DNA from: Octopus vulgaris | Lineage: Eukaryota | NCBI GenBank assembly: GCA_951406725.2 | Contig: OX597817.1 | Location: forward strand, 57,908,001 to 57,972,000 | DNA length: 64,000 bases | Direction: 5' to 3' | In this document: positions 13,071-25,714 of the stretch, one piece after another | Layout: every line of letters starts with the position of its first letter | Numbering within the stretch: position 1 is the first letter of the stretch | The notes under the pieces: model-generated | What the model saw: the letters and a program-made list of their open reading frames with translations, nothing else | What the model was told of the DNA's origin: nothing | The model's database searches: none | Made by a program: the position numbers and the translations under genes

Positions 13071-13870
13071 CATCATCATCACCACTTAGCATCTGTTTTA
13101 AATGCATGGGTTAGATGGTTTGATTGGAGCTGGTAAGCCAGACAGCTTTATCAGACTCCCTGGTTTCTACTGCTTGATGTTCTTCCAAATGCCAACCACT
13201 CCAAGAGTGTAGTGGGCGCCTTTTATGTGTCGCTGGCACGGCTGCCTTTCAAGTTTCACCGGCACAGGTGCCTTTTACGTGTTGCTGGCACGGGTGCCTT
13301 TTATGTGTCGCTGGCACGGGTGCCTGTTACGTGTTGCTGGCATGGATGCCTTTTACGTGTCGCTGGTACGGGTGCTTTTTACGTGTCGCTAGCATGGGTG
13401 CCTTTTATGTGTTGCTGGCACGGGTGCCTGTTAAGTGTCGCTGGCACGGGTGCCTGTTAAGTGTCGCTGGCACGGGTGACTGTTAAGTGTTGCTGGCACG
13501 GGTGCCTGTTAAGTGTCGCTGGCACGGGTGCCTTTTACGTGTCACTGGCACGGGTGTCTTTTACATGTCACTGGCACGGGTGCCTTTTACGTGTCGCTTG
13601 TACGGGCGCCTTTTACGTGTCGCTGGCACGGGCGCCTTTTACGTGTCACTGGCCCGGACGCATTTTACGTGTCACTGGCCGGGCGCACTTTACATGTCAC
13701 TGGCCCGGGTGCATTTTACGTGTCACTGGCCCGGGCGCATTTTACGTGTCGCTGGCACAGGTGCTTTTATGTGTTGCTGGGTGCCTTTTACATGCCACCA
13801 GCCCTGGCCACAACCACAATCTCACTTGGCTTGACAGCTCTTCTCATGCACAGCAAATTGCCAAAGGTCT
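13071..13870 (-). mobile_element. Family F element carrying an expanded minisatellite
   Basis: catcatcatc tail at 13071, ccaaccactccaagagtgtagtgg block, and terminal atctcacttggcttgac block matching 1223-1240. Confidence 0.75.
13214..13800. repeat. 26-bp GC-rich minisatellite, about 22 units
   Basis: Unit gggtgccttttacgtgtcgctggcac repeated head to tail with no spacers. Confidence 0.9.
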
Positions 13871-14319
13871 CAATCACTTGTCAGCAAGACTCATTATACA
13901 CAGATCAGAATTGGGACTGTATACTCGTGAGACCTTCAAATGGCATTGGTGTGACATGGGCACCAAATGCAGAGGATGGAAAGAAATGAAGCATGGCAGG
14001 CATAGTTAGATATGTAGAGTTAATATGCTTGAATGACGAGGCACAAACGAGCTGAGAGAGAAAACCCAAGTTTATGAGAGGAAAGATTGTGTTGGTACAG
14101 ACATGTAATGCGTATGAAGAATGACAATTTGGTAAAGAAATTTCAAGAGATCCATGGGGAAGATGTCAATGAAAGAGGAAGACTGAGGAAAGACAGAGAC
14201 AGAAGTGGTGGAAGCTGATCTCATGATGCTGAACCGTACAACGGAGATGACAAAGGAATGTAACAAGTGGTAAGATATTGTGTTGGCAAAGAGATCTCCA
14301 TGTTTGGAATATTATTGCA

Positions 14320-14590
14320 AAAGCATATTTGAAATGAGATGGTTTGAGAAGAGAGCAGAGTGAATGATGTGATCACAGTGTAGTGAAAACCTAAGTTCTG
14401 CAGGGTTGGACATGTCCAAAGGTTCACAAACAACAAGTGAACCCATGCAGTTTCCGAGTGGTATCCAAGAGAATAGAAAAAGGCTGCTTAGAAAGCCTCC
14501 ATGAAGATGGGAAGACGATTTGGGTGAAGAAGGAAAAGAATGATGCAACCAAGACAGAATTGGAAGTGCATTGTGAGTAGGAGTGTGTAA
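14320..14590 (+). pseudogene. Second RTE-type LINE 3' ORF remnant
   Basis: Frameshifted GHVQRFTNNK*THAVSEWYPRE*KRLLRKPP*RWED, matching the RTE C-terminal WAGH..R...W...W.P...KR..GRP..RW pattern. Confidence 0.6.
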
Positions 14591-14890
14591 CGGCATCTGA
14601 TGGTCTTGTTGATACTGTGATGCATGTGTCAGAAATACTCAACCACTTGTAAGTTAATCTAAGTATTTCCACTGGTCAAACAGCTGGAATAAACATTGAT
14701 TATCAATCATCCTCATCATCGTGAATACAAGAATGTTTGAAGGTTGTGCAAAAGTGAGGGTCAATTCTAATATGAAGGAGTTCAAGAGAGAATAGACAAC
14801 ACTTCAACCTCCATTAGACAATAAACAGTAACACTCTTGTCTGCAATCACTACCTACATGCAGACCAACACTACAATGGTTTTTCTCTGC

Positions 14891-15606
14891 TTAACCCTTT
14901 TGATACCAATCTGCCAGACACCAATCTTTGTTCTTTGACACAAACTTCCTGTTTTAACCCTTTCATTACTATATTTATTTTGAGATGCTCTGTCAGTTTT
15001 CTTTCAATTACTTTAAATCTAACAAAGAATTTAGTAAAATAACTTAGTTATCATTAAGCTAGTGTTAGGAACATAAATTGTGACTAAGGTTTGGTGGAAG
15101 ATTTTAATTCCAAACTTATGAAAACAAGACATCTTTCTTTACTACAGAACCAGATGTGGGTTCAGCTGGGTTGGTATCAAAAGGGTTACAAATTGTTTCT
15201 CTATTATTTATTTTAACCTTTCTGTTACCATATTTCTGTTGAGATGCTCTGTGTTTCTTTCAATTAATTTTAAATATAACAAAGAATTTAGTAAAGTAAC
15301 TTAGTTACCATTCAGCTCGTGTTAGCAACATAAATTGTGACTAAGGTTTGGTGGAAGATTTCAATTCAAAACTTATGGAAACAAGACATTTGTACTACAG
15401 AGCCCAGGGGTGGTTTCAGCAAGGTTGGTATGGAAAGGGTTAAACTGATCTAAATTAAAACCTTCCATCAAAATTTCATGGTAATTTATGTTCTAAATAC
15501 CAGCTTAACAATGACAGTTATTGTCACAAAATCTTCATTATTTTCAAAATTAAATTGAAACACAGGCAAATATATTTCAACAGATAGAATGGTAAGAAGA
15601 GGTTAA
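14891..15606. mobile_element. Nested piggyBac-type MITE cluster (older copy hosting two younger copies)
   Basis: Outer ends ttaacccttttgatacc and ggtaagaagaggttaa; inner copies 14954-15188 and 15212-15443 in the opposite orientation at a TTAA. Confidence 0.7.
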
Positions 15607-16560
15607 AAGACTTTTTGCTCTACACAATCTTCTACAAACTGCCCCCGTATTAAGCTACTCCTCCTCATTACTCAGTGAACCCCAGGTAATGTATATAAAG
15701 GGTTCAATACAGAATTGAGAGCCTTGACATAGTCACTTGTTCTGCTAGAAATGGTAGCTATATTTAAACCACACTCTACTATGTTTAAAAGAAGAAAAAA
15801 AAGTGGGACAATGTGGTCCTGAATTCCCTGTGTATTGGAACAAGATGAGACAGTCATGTATGGAATGCTTTGATCCTGTGGGTGGAAGGTCTACGTGAAC
15901 TGGAGCTGATTTGGGGGCAAAACAACAACTTGCAGCAAGTGTGAACTCTTGCCCTTTGACCTCCCATACAGTACACAGGGGTCTTAAATTGAAAACTATT
16001 CAACAGTCCACTTGGAAATACCTCCGCTCTTCCCTAACCTTCACTTCCGCTTCCGCCTTTCTGTCAAGATCTTTACACACACACACACACACACAGCTGC
16101 ACTTTACCATCAGAGCTGTTTCCTTATCTTTCCCACCACTACCACCACCACACTACTAATGATGAGGCTAATAAATAACGGTGGTGGTGGTGATAATAGT
16201 TTAGGAGTTGGGCAGTGGGCCAGACAAACGATGATGACTTGAGTCTGTGATGCTGGAGATTATGATGATCATGATGATGAGAATGCTGCTGCTGCTGCTG
16301 GTTGTTATGATGATGTCACTGCTGACAGTTATGAGGGTGGAGTGGGGTGGGGTGGGGGTGAATGGTAGAAATGACAAACATCAACTAAATGACAGCTGGC
16401 TTGGATAGCGACAGAAGGAGCTGGAGATGGCAGGAGACACACATTTCACTACATCTATTTTTCCTTCCTTTCATTCATTCATTCAGTCATTCATATATAT
16501 ATATATATATTTCTATAGCAACAGAATAAATTAGCTTCTTCCAAATAAACAAACACTTAC

Positions 16561-16584
16561 TGCATATATTGACAAGCCTTTCAT
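16561..16584 (-). CDS. Candidate short first coding exon (MKGLSIYA), product unknown
   Basis: Minus strand caaaATGAAAGGCTTGTCAATATATGCA|gtaagt: good start context and consensus donor, phase 0. No homology support. Confidence 0.3.
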
Positions 16585-16667
16585 TTTGTAACCCCTAGCA
16601 TCTCTTTCTCTCCCTTTCATATGTATCTCTATATACATATACATCTATCTATCTATAGATATATATA

Positions 16668-17057
16668 TGTTACTTGTTTCAGTCATTTGACTGCGGCCAT
16701 GCTGGAGCACCGCCTTTATAGTCGAGTGAATTGACCCCAGAGCTTGCTTATTCTTTGTAAGCGTGGTACTTATTCTATCGGTCTCTTTTGCCGAACCACT
16801 AAGTTACGGGGACGTAAACACACCAGCATTGGTTGTCAAGTGATGTTGGGGGGGGGACAAACAGACAGACACACAAACATATATATATACATATATATAC
16901 GACGGGATTCTTCCAGTTTCCGTCTACCAAATCCACTCACAAGGCTTTGGTCAGCCCGAGGCTATAGTAGAAGACACTTGCCCAAGGTGCCACGCAGTGG
17001 GACTGAACCCAGAACCATGTGGTTGGTAAGCAAGCTACTTACCACACAGCCACTCCT
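16668..17057 (-). mobile_element. Family B SINE, near full length
   Basis: Reverse complement of 8294-8695; source of ORF 16744-17196. Confidence 0.85.
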
Positions 17058-18366
17058 ATATATATATTTTATACACACACATATACACACTTCTGTGTGT
17101 GTGTGTGTGTGTGTGTGTAATATTTTATTTTGGTCAAATCAGTCTGTTGCCACTCAGAGTTTCACTTTTGGAACGGGTGCACAGGATCTTGCCTGAAGAC
17201 TGTGCACCCACAAGCAAAACTTAGAGCAGCAAGAGACTGACTCGACCAACAACAACATATATTAATCACTGTGGCATTGACCAGTCTCTTTCCCCCCACA
17301 AGCTACACACAGAAACACATCTTGCATCCTGAAAGCATTACCCCCACCACGGGCACGACGTTCAATAAATAATAACACAGAGCTAAAACTAACACCTAGG
17401 AAACAAACTTCACCATTTGTGTTTGCCACACATTCATTTAAAATAAAAGAAAAAGAAAGCTGCTGGGGTGGGTGGGACGAATATAATGGAGTAGGGACAA
17501 AGGGAAACACCTGGCTGTGGTACGAGGTAACTGTTGCTTTTAGGGGTGGCTTTGGACTCGTGGAGGCAATAATATTACATCTGCTGCGACTGAACCAAGA
17601 GCCATCACCACCAACGGCATTTGAATAAGATGATGGAAATGAAGATAGCAGAGATGGTGCTAGTAGTAGTAGTAGTAGTAGTAATAAGATTATATTAACT
17701 GCAGTAGTTGTAGCAATGGTAGTGATGATATCAATAATGCATAGATCACAACGTACATACATGTATGAAGATATATCTATAGTGTGTGACACACAGAAAC
17801 ACACACATCTGCACTGTTGAAAACGAACAGATGTTTTCAAATGGGGATGTACGAAGAGATGGGGCAAAGCCGACGTATCAAACAGTGGGATGAACTCCGA
17901 GTAGCAGCAACATCACACACACACACAATATATATACATATATACACATATATCTATATATATACACCCACACATACACACATATATATATATAGATATA
18001 CACACATATATATCTATCTATATATATATATATCATATTTGCATCGAATAAGCGAGAAAGAGAAGGGGGGCTGTGCTTATTTAGTGTATTGGTATTAGGG
18101 GTCAGCTAAAGGACAAGATAGGAGCTAAATTGGGTGAATGAGTGTGGGGTAGAGGAGAGGGACAACGGTGAAGAGGAAACCACTTAGTAACGAGATACAT
18201 AGCAACTAGCACAGGGCGATGGGAAGGTGTGTATGGGACGGTCGAGCGCGAGTTGAATGGTCGGTATGTATACACGGAGTGGAGTGTGTGCGTGTGAATA
18301 TATATTTGCTCGACCGCACAGATATAGGGAGAAGAATCCCTACTTCTTTCTCCTCCTCCAACTCAC

Positions 18367-18520
18367 AGGTCCCATAGTTGCAAACCGTTGGATGTCAGGA
18401 TTCTGGGTCGGCAATGGAAGAACAGATTTGGAAGAAGGGGACAGCCTCTATTCATATGTGGCTTCTCGGAGAACCCTCAAAAGCATTATAGATTGGAACA
18501 ATCTATTATACAGGTGGACG
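18367..18520 (-). other. Candidate exon in unique sequence ending ATG GGA CCT|gtgagt
   Basis: Non-repetitive island with a consensus minus-strand donor at 18361-18366, phase 0. The same spot also reads as a plus-strand acceptor, so the strand is ambiguous. Confidence 0.25.
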
Positions 18521-18547
18521 GTACTATCTATCTATCTATCAAATAAC

Positions 18548-18582
<35 letters not shown>

Positions 18583-19121
18583 CAGCTGAATGATACGAAT
18601 ACACGAAAGTGAATACGTAAACACAAACCTACATATCTGTCATTTCTATATTCGTGAAAATATACGCAGTATTTTTTATATATATATGTTATATATACAC
18701 GCATGCACATCCAAAATGACATTAGTCATCATCAAATGTATTCACAGATGAAAAAAAAACAACTCATTATACATATGTGCGGATGCAGAGATATAGCAAT
18801 AACCATGAAACGAATTAGCTTGTAGGTTTAGACAATTATTTATCCATTAGCACTCAAAAATTCCTTCTATACTACACCAAAACAAACAACATACGAGTAT
18901 GCATGTATTCTATATATATACATGAAATATTGTAAATTGTATCGGGGATGATTATGTTTCCAATAAGGAATTTATATTATTTTTATTAAAGGCAATATTA
19001 TAATTAATTGCTACAATTATTCCTTGCACCATCATTTAACGGAGCAGGAAGGAAATGGTTTCATTTTCACACGTATCATACATATAATAAAACGTTATAT
19101 ATATATATATCACACAAGAGC

Positions 19122-19157
<36 letters not shown>

Positions 19158-19312
19158 GACGTGACTCGGAGTTTCCCCATTTCCCCGGAAACGAGAAGAT
19201 CCGAGTAGTGTTTGAAGTATCCCTGTACTCAATCTAACATCGCTGTTTCCTCAATTGCAACACAGCAGTTTGAACCCGTCGCCGTCACTATATATATACA
19301 AGTGTGTGTGTA

Positions 19313-19446
<134 letters not shown>

Positions 19447-19467
19447 TATATATATATATATATATAT

Positions 19468-19524
<57 letters not shown>

Positions 19525-19531
19525 ATATTAT

Positions 19532-19587
<56 letters not shown>

Positions 19588-19611
19588 AGAGAGAGAGAGA
19601 GAGAGAGAGAT

Positions 19612-19995
19612 AGTCGTAAGTTTGCTTTCCAACCACATGGTTCCGGGTTCAGTCTCACTGCTTGGCACTTAGGAGCAAATGTCTTCTACTATAGCCTCAA
19701 TCTGACCAAACCCTTGTGAGTGGATTTGGGTGGCGGAAACTGAAGGAAGCCCGTGTATGTTTGTGTATGTGTGTGTGTGTCTGTTCCTCACTACCGCTTA
19801 TCAATCCGTGTTGGTGTTTACCTCCCAGTAATCACGCGGTTCGGTAAAAGAAACCGATAAAATAAGTACTAGGTTTTAAAAACCAAAAACAAAACAAAAA
19901 AAACATAAGAATTGGCGTCGATTCGATCGACTAAACATTCGTCAATGCTGTGCCCCAGAATGGCCGCAGTCCAATGACTGAAAACAAACGAAAGA
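19612..19995 (+). mobile_element. Family B SINE (5'-clipped)
   Basis: caaccacatggttccgggttcagtc and tggccgcagtccaatgactgaaa blocks. Confidence 0.75.
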
Positions 19996-22434
19996 CGTAT
20001 ATATAACAGGCCCGTACTGAATTCGTCCCCGTATATAACTAGATTCCAATAAACGTACTATACATACACGTCTATGTAATACTGACACAACTATACAGAT
20101 CCTTACCCATATTTCATATTATATATATATACACACACACCTTTAATATCTAGCCCCTTACTTACTATACATACAGACTATATACACACCCCTACAATCT
20201 AGCTCCCAGCTATACATACGCGTCAATATAAATCATAATATACAACTCGAAATAAAACACCCACCACTATATATAATATATAGAGGTCCAACACAGACTC
20301 CCTATTTATATATTACAACAGACTCCCCACTATATATATATATATACACACACTTCAATATAATATCCACCACTGCTGTGTATATACACACACAAATGGA
20401 CGCACATATCGGTATCAAACCAGAAAATGAACCTTTATACGAATAATCAGTTTGCTAGAAATAGCAGCTTCTCTTCAACCTCATAGTACTGGTCTTACGA
20501 AAAGGAAAGGCCATTTTGAATGTGGTTGTGGATAACAAATTATCTAAACATAAGTAGTGGTGGTCACGGTTAGACAAGTTTTGTTCGTGGGTCAGCTCCA
20601 GCAGGGCAGACCTGGGGCTAACAATATTCGGCTATACTTCCGACATCTTCATTCTTGATATCCCAGCTAATGAGAAAGACTCTCCATGCTTGCTCGTTCT
20701 GTTAGAAATAGCAGTCAAATCCTTCCTATCATATAAGTGAGTGCTTCCTTACAAAAGGAAGCACTCAAACCCGGAGATCCGGATACAGTACGCCTGGGAA
20801 GAACAAGACGGAATGGTTCCAGTTGAGTGCTTTTGAATACAGGTGTTTTATGAAGGCTAACTGGTGCTCAAGAACAGGCTCCACCTTTTCGTTTCAAGAC
20901 CACACTCGACCATTTTGACAGAGTTCTTGATAGTCAACCCATTAAATAAACGGGATGGTCGTAATTAGAATAGATTTAGGTCTGTTCGATGTTCTGAACA
21001 GGAAGTCGACAGGAACAGAGCCTTAACTCCATATTAATACAGTGTGTGTGTGTGTAATATAGTTGCCAGTTTCGAAACACCTTTTCATATCAGAAAACGG
21101 ATATGAAGATATATACTGTATATATATATATATATAATGATAGCTTGTGGTTTTCATAGACAAGACAGTTTATACACAAAACATTAATATATACATAAAC
21201 ACATAGATACGTACATATATTCGGAGTTTTGCGCTGCGCTTGAAATGTGCAGGAGTAATAAATTTTAATAAATATAACACTACAAGCTGTTTTCAGTGCC
21301 TTTCCCTCACGTTTGTAAACACAAACGCATTAAATACACACAGATATTTGTATGAACATACATATTTACATGTACACGTCTGTGTGTGTAAATGATGTTT
21401 ATATTTATAATTACATCTTACACAGCAGAAAGCGAACGAAATACATATACATGCACATACACATATATATATATATATATAAATGCACATAAACACACAC
21501 AAAGATATATGTGTGTGTAGCCTAGAATAAACATGTCTTCATTATTGAACTATATTTATAGATTATAGGAAAAAAGGGAAGCAGATTTAGAAACAAGAGC
21601 TGTTTCCTCATCAGCTGAGAAAGTAAAGTCCCTCCAGGATTGGGGAATACCACATCAGACGAAGGATATTGAGGATATGATGTAGAATACATGTTTGTGT
21701 GTAGAGAAATGGATTAAGCACTAAATACATGGCACACACTTCATTATTTATCATACAATCAGTGAAATTTACACCGTTGTATTTATGTCCTTTATTCAAT
21801 TTTCCAAATAACCATGCTATAAACCCTTCTCTTTCTCTCTACACACATTGAATATAATAACAGACAGGTATTAGGATACAAAGGGGATGAATGGAAGGTA
21901 ATATAATAAAAGTTATTAATAAGAAGGCATGTGCTTGTTGTAAGGCTACAAGTGTAAATACATAGAGATTGGACACAAAATGGGGGTTGGATTCTCTATA
22001 GTTATCAAGTAATAAATCGATCCCTCATTTCGGGGCTGATTTGTAAATACGGAAGCATTAGTTAAAAATATTTAATAACTTACCATTCAACAAAGATTTT
22101 CCTAGAATTTTGGTTTTCTTCTTTTGGGGTTCTTGTGGGGGAAGGGGGTGTCTCACTTATTCCAAACAGAACAAAATAACGAATAAAAAGGAAGAAAACA
22201 AGGGGGGAAAAAGACGGGGTTTAAAAAAAAAAACGGGGGTCGTTAATAATTACTAACAAACATAAAGAAAGTCTAAAGGATCAACTGTTTGTAAAAGTAA
22301 AATCCCGAAGGAATGTGTGGTCAACAGTGTTGATGTCCATTAGTGAGGTGTTGGCTGTACACTATAGAGGTAGTGGTGCTGGTAGTGCTGCTCAGAGATT
22401 CTTCTGGCTACACCAAAGACAACAACATGTCTCT

Positions 22435-22472
22435 CTGACGACGTCTTCAACAAACGGGACGCCATTTTGGCC
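22435..22472 (-). promoter_or_regulatory. YY1-type motif (CAAAATGGCG) and CRE-like half site at a putative minus-strand 5' end
   Basis: cgccattttg at 22460-22469 and tgacg at 22436-22440, directly beside a 1.8-kb strand-biased block. Confidence 0.3.
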
Positions 22473-22474
22473 TT

Positions 22475-24260
22475 ACTTCATTACTGCTGCTACTCCTCCT
22501 TCACTTCTTTTACCGTTTCTATATCATCCTCGTTCACCCTCTCATTGTCCTCATTCTCTCTCTCTCATTACTGCTGCTACTCTCCTTCATCCTCATTCAC
22601 CCTCTCAATGTCGCTATTCTCTCTCTCTTATTTCTTTACTGTAACCCTTTTATCACTGCTGCTACTCCTCCTTTACCTTCTTTACCATCTTTATATCATC
22701 CCCACTCACCCTCTCATTGTCGTTATTCTCTCTCTCTCTTCTTTACTGCAACCCTCTCATTACTGCTGATCCCCTCCACCACTATCAAGTCTTCTATTGT
22801 ATCGTCACTCACACTCAGGTGTTCCTTCTTTCTCTCTCTGTTTTCCTTTCTGCTCTGGTGCCTCCTCCTCAGTCATAATTGTTGTTTCATTCCTTTTCTT
22901 TCCTTATGACCCTCTTACCACTGCTCCTTCACCTTCCCCCACAACTCCGGCTACTGCCTTTGCTCACACTCTCATAGTAGTTCTTCTCTGTTTCTTTCTC
23001 CCTCTCCCTCTCAATACTACTGCTTTACCGTCATCTTCCCCTCTTATAGTTGTTCCTATCTCTCTCTTTTTCACTCGCTCACTCACCGATCCATCATCTC
23101 CATCAACATCATCATAATCATACAGCAATACGTCCCCCTCCCTCTCTCTCTCTCTCTCTCTCTTCTATTGCTCTGCCACCGTCGTCTGTTTCATCTCCCT
23201 TTCAATACTGTTGCTCCCTTCACCACCACCACCACCTCATCCTCTTACTCTCTTATTGTTCTCTCACCTTTTCACCTACTACTCTTTCATTACTGTTCCT
23301 TCACCACCACCTTCACTACGTCATATTCACTTCACTCACACTCTCATAGCAGTTCTCTCTCTTTCTCCTCTTTCCGTCTCCATACTGTTGCTTCACCGTA
23401 ACCACCACCGTCACCGCCACCTTCAACAACCCATTGTCACACTCTTTCACTATCCACTCTCTCTCTTATTGCCGTTTCTCCACCGCCGCTGTCACTCTTA
23501 CACTCAACTACGTCGTCTCCTTCCTCCTACTCTCTCTCTCTATCATGTCTTGTCCCACTCCACCTTTACACTAATCATCTCCCACACTCATTGTATTTTA
23601 TCTCACTCAGTTCTTGTTTTTACCTCTCTCATTCATTCTCATAGCAGTTCCCCCTCTCTCACTCCTTTAATCTATTCACTTCTCTCATTCCTTTCAATCA
23701 TAACTTATCTCTTTTTCTATTATAGTAGTTCTATCTGTCTCTCACTCTCTCTCTCCTTAATCCATATAAGAATTTTACTCGACTCTTTTTCTCTCCGTTT
23801 TTTCTTATACATCTTACCCCATCTCACACTCAAACTTCCATAGTAGTTCCAACTCTCTTTCATACATTTCTCTCTTTCGCTGTCTTTCTTTCGCTCCTTT
23901 CTCGGACATACATTCACATTCACTTTCTTCAGTTATTCTTCTCTTTCTCTGCCCCAACTACTTTATTTCTCATTTACTGTCTCTTTTTCTTTCTCTTAGC
24001 GACCAGGACCCGCCTCTCTCTTTCTCTTTCTCTTGGCGACTAGCCCCCACCCCATCTCTCTCTTTCTCTCGCTCTCACTCTTTCTCTTTCTCCCTCTCTT
24101 ACTCATGCTCAATTTCTTTCTTTCTTTTCCTCTCTCTATATATCTTACTTTATCATTCTATCCATATCCCTCACTTTCTTTTCTGTCTATCAACCAGCCC
24201 CTTCCTCACGCCATCCCTTTGTCTACCCTTCTCTTATCTCCAAGCTATCGTTCTCCTACT
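22475..24260. repeat. Long pyrimidine-rich low-complexity tract
   Basis: CT/CAC/TAC-rich and G-poor on the + strand; produces S/L/P/H-rich spurious ORFs. Confidence 0.85.
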
Positions 24261-24839
24261 GTATTCCTCCTCCATTACGTTCTTCTAGTTTTATTGGTGT
24301 CTATCTTTAGCCTTCATCTTCAATTCGTGTTTGCCCATTACCTCAATAACATTCCCTTGCTCACTGGCACAATCAGAGTAGTACCATCTACTTTAAAGTC
24401 TTTAAACTGTAAATGCGCCGAAACTATGACGAGTTTGGTCTCCACGGCCAATGAGAGGATTTCTATATTTATCTGTGCTCTTAATTGTTGTTAAATATCG
24501 AAGGAATGAGAAAGGGGTGTTCAATATATGATGTAGAGGATATAGGCTTTTTAAAATTAAATCTAAATTACAGTGTTATTCCCGTGAGTTATTCTGCCGC
24601 TTGCAGAATCGTTATCACGTGGGACAAAATGCTAAGTGGAATTTCCACTGGCACTTTACGTTCTGAGTTCGAATTTCACCAAGTTCGCTTTTTATCATTT
24701 CGGGGTCGATAAGATAAGTACCAGTTTGAGCAGTGGCTAGGTGAGGGTCGATGTAATCGACTAACTTCGTTAAATGCATGCATGGTGATTGCCATTTTTT
24801 TTTAAACAAAAGAGGGCCAACTCTTCAATTAGTAAATGC

Positions 24840-25386
24840 CTTCGCTAGGCTTTGAGCAAACAGACCCAACTGCAGATGTTGCAAAGATTTTTCTGGCTGA
24901 AAAGTGTCTGGGATGGAGGTTAGGCCCTGTTTACGAAGTGCCTGTTTCAAGATGGAGTGTTCGATCCTCCGTGTTTCAAATACTCGACAGCCATTGTAGA
25001 TCGCTGCTTTCCGAACCGACCGATTTTCCACCAACTGATTCCAGTCTTCAACATTCACATTAAGAGCCTTAAGGTTCCATCCATAAAATATTTCTCCTAA
25101 GACAGGTTTGATATAAACTTTCCAAAGCCTTGATGTAACGACGACATGTAGTCCAAGTCCCAGAAGACTCATAAGACACATGATACACAGACGCTGAGCT
25201 TAGATTTTATGACAATCCCTCTTTCAGACTACACACGATTTTCGAGCCTTCCAAATGCATTGTTGGTTTTTTTCGATCCTCAGATTTATTTCAGAATCAA
25301 GGGTTCCGCTTCTCGAGATACTGCTGCCAAGGTAGACGAAAGAGACGACCACTTCCAATAATGTACCCTGGACGAAGATATTAGGT
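24840..25386 (-). pseudogene. RTE/BovB-like LINE remnant with internal deletion
   Basis: LEVVVSFVYLGSSISRSGTLDSEINLRIEK and NAFGRLENRV (25230-25380); LKALNVNVEDWNQLVENRS and GCRVFETRR (24900-25080). Confidence 0.75.
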
Positions 25387-25389
25387 ATG

Positions 25390-25597
25390 TATCGCGTGTG
25401 TATCGTTGGCGATTTTTTCCCTCCGTCTTCCCTTCCTTGGATCTTTCCTTTTCTTATGTTTCTGACGAAGAGCTCCGCTCGAAACGTTAAATCCTCCTTC
25501 TTTCTTTCCTTTCCTGGGCGGCCAATAACACTATACTTGTTCCACGTCCTCGCGTTGTTGTGTTTTCTCTTTGTATTTTCATGTTTGGATTAACTCT
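25390..25597 (+). mobile_element. Penelope-like terminal repeat with minimal hammerhead ribozyme
   Basis: CTGACGA 25462-25468, stem GAGC/GCTC, GAAA 25481-25484, then CGTT; ends at a (TATG)n tract; homologous to 49561-49738. Confidence 0.65.
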
Positions 25598-25680
25598 ATG
25601 TATGTATGTATGTATGTATGTATGTATGTATGTATGTATGTATGTATGTATGTATGTATGTATGTATGTATGTATGTATG

Positions 25681-25714
<34 letters not shown>

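Larger units (their letters stand above)
12590..14285 (+). pseudogene. Decayed RTE-clade LINE reverse transcriptase C-terminal region, split by a family F insertion
   Basis: Frameshifted remnants: WMCMICRKG, FCYLGNIVSSGG, GWRKYRGLLALL, and after 13950 MERNEA, ELREK, WYRHVMRM. Multiple stops and frameshifts. Confidence 0.7.

Noticed and set aside
13214-13800. CRISPR-like regular array, and Cys/Trp/His-rich ORFs 13212-14009
   Set aside because: Units are contiguous with no unique spacers, there are no cas genes, and the context is eukaryotic. The ORFs are translations of the 26-bp repeat.
16744-17196. Recurrent peptide LPNPLTRLWSARGYSRRHLPKVP as a gene family (also 5365, 8146)
   Set aside because: It is the antisense translation of family B SINE copies.
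22315-24494. S/L/P/H-rich ORFs up to 210 aa
   Set aside because: Stop codons are scarce because of the pyrimidine-rich low-complexity composition.
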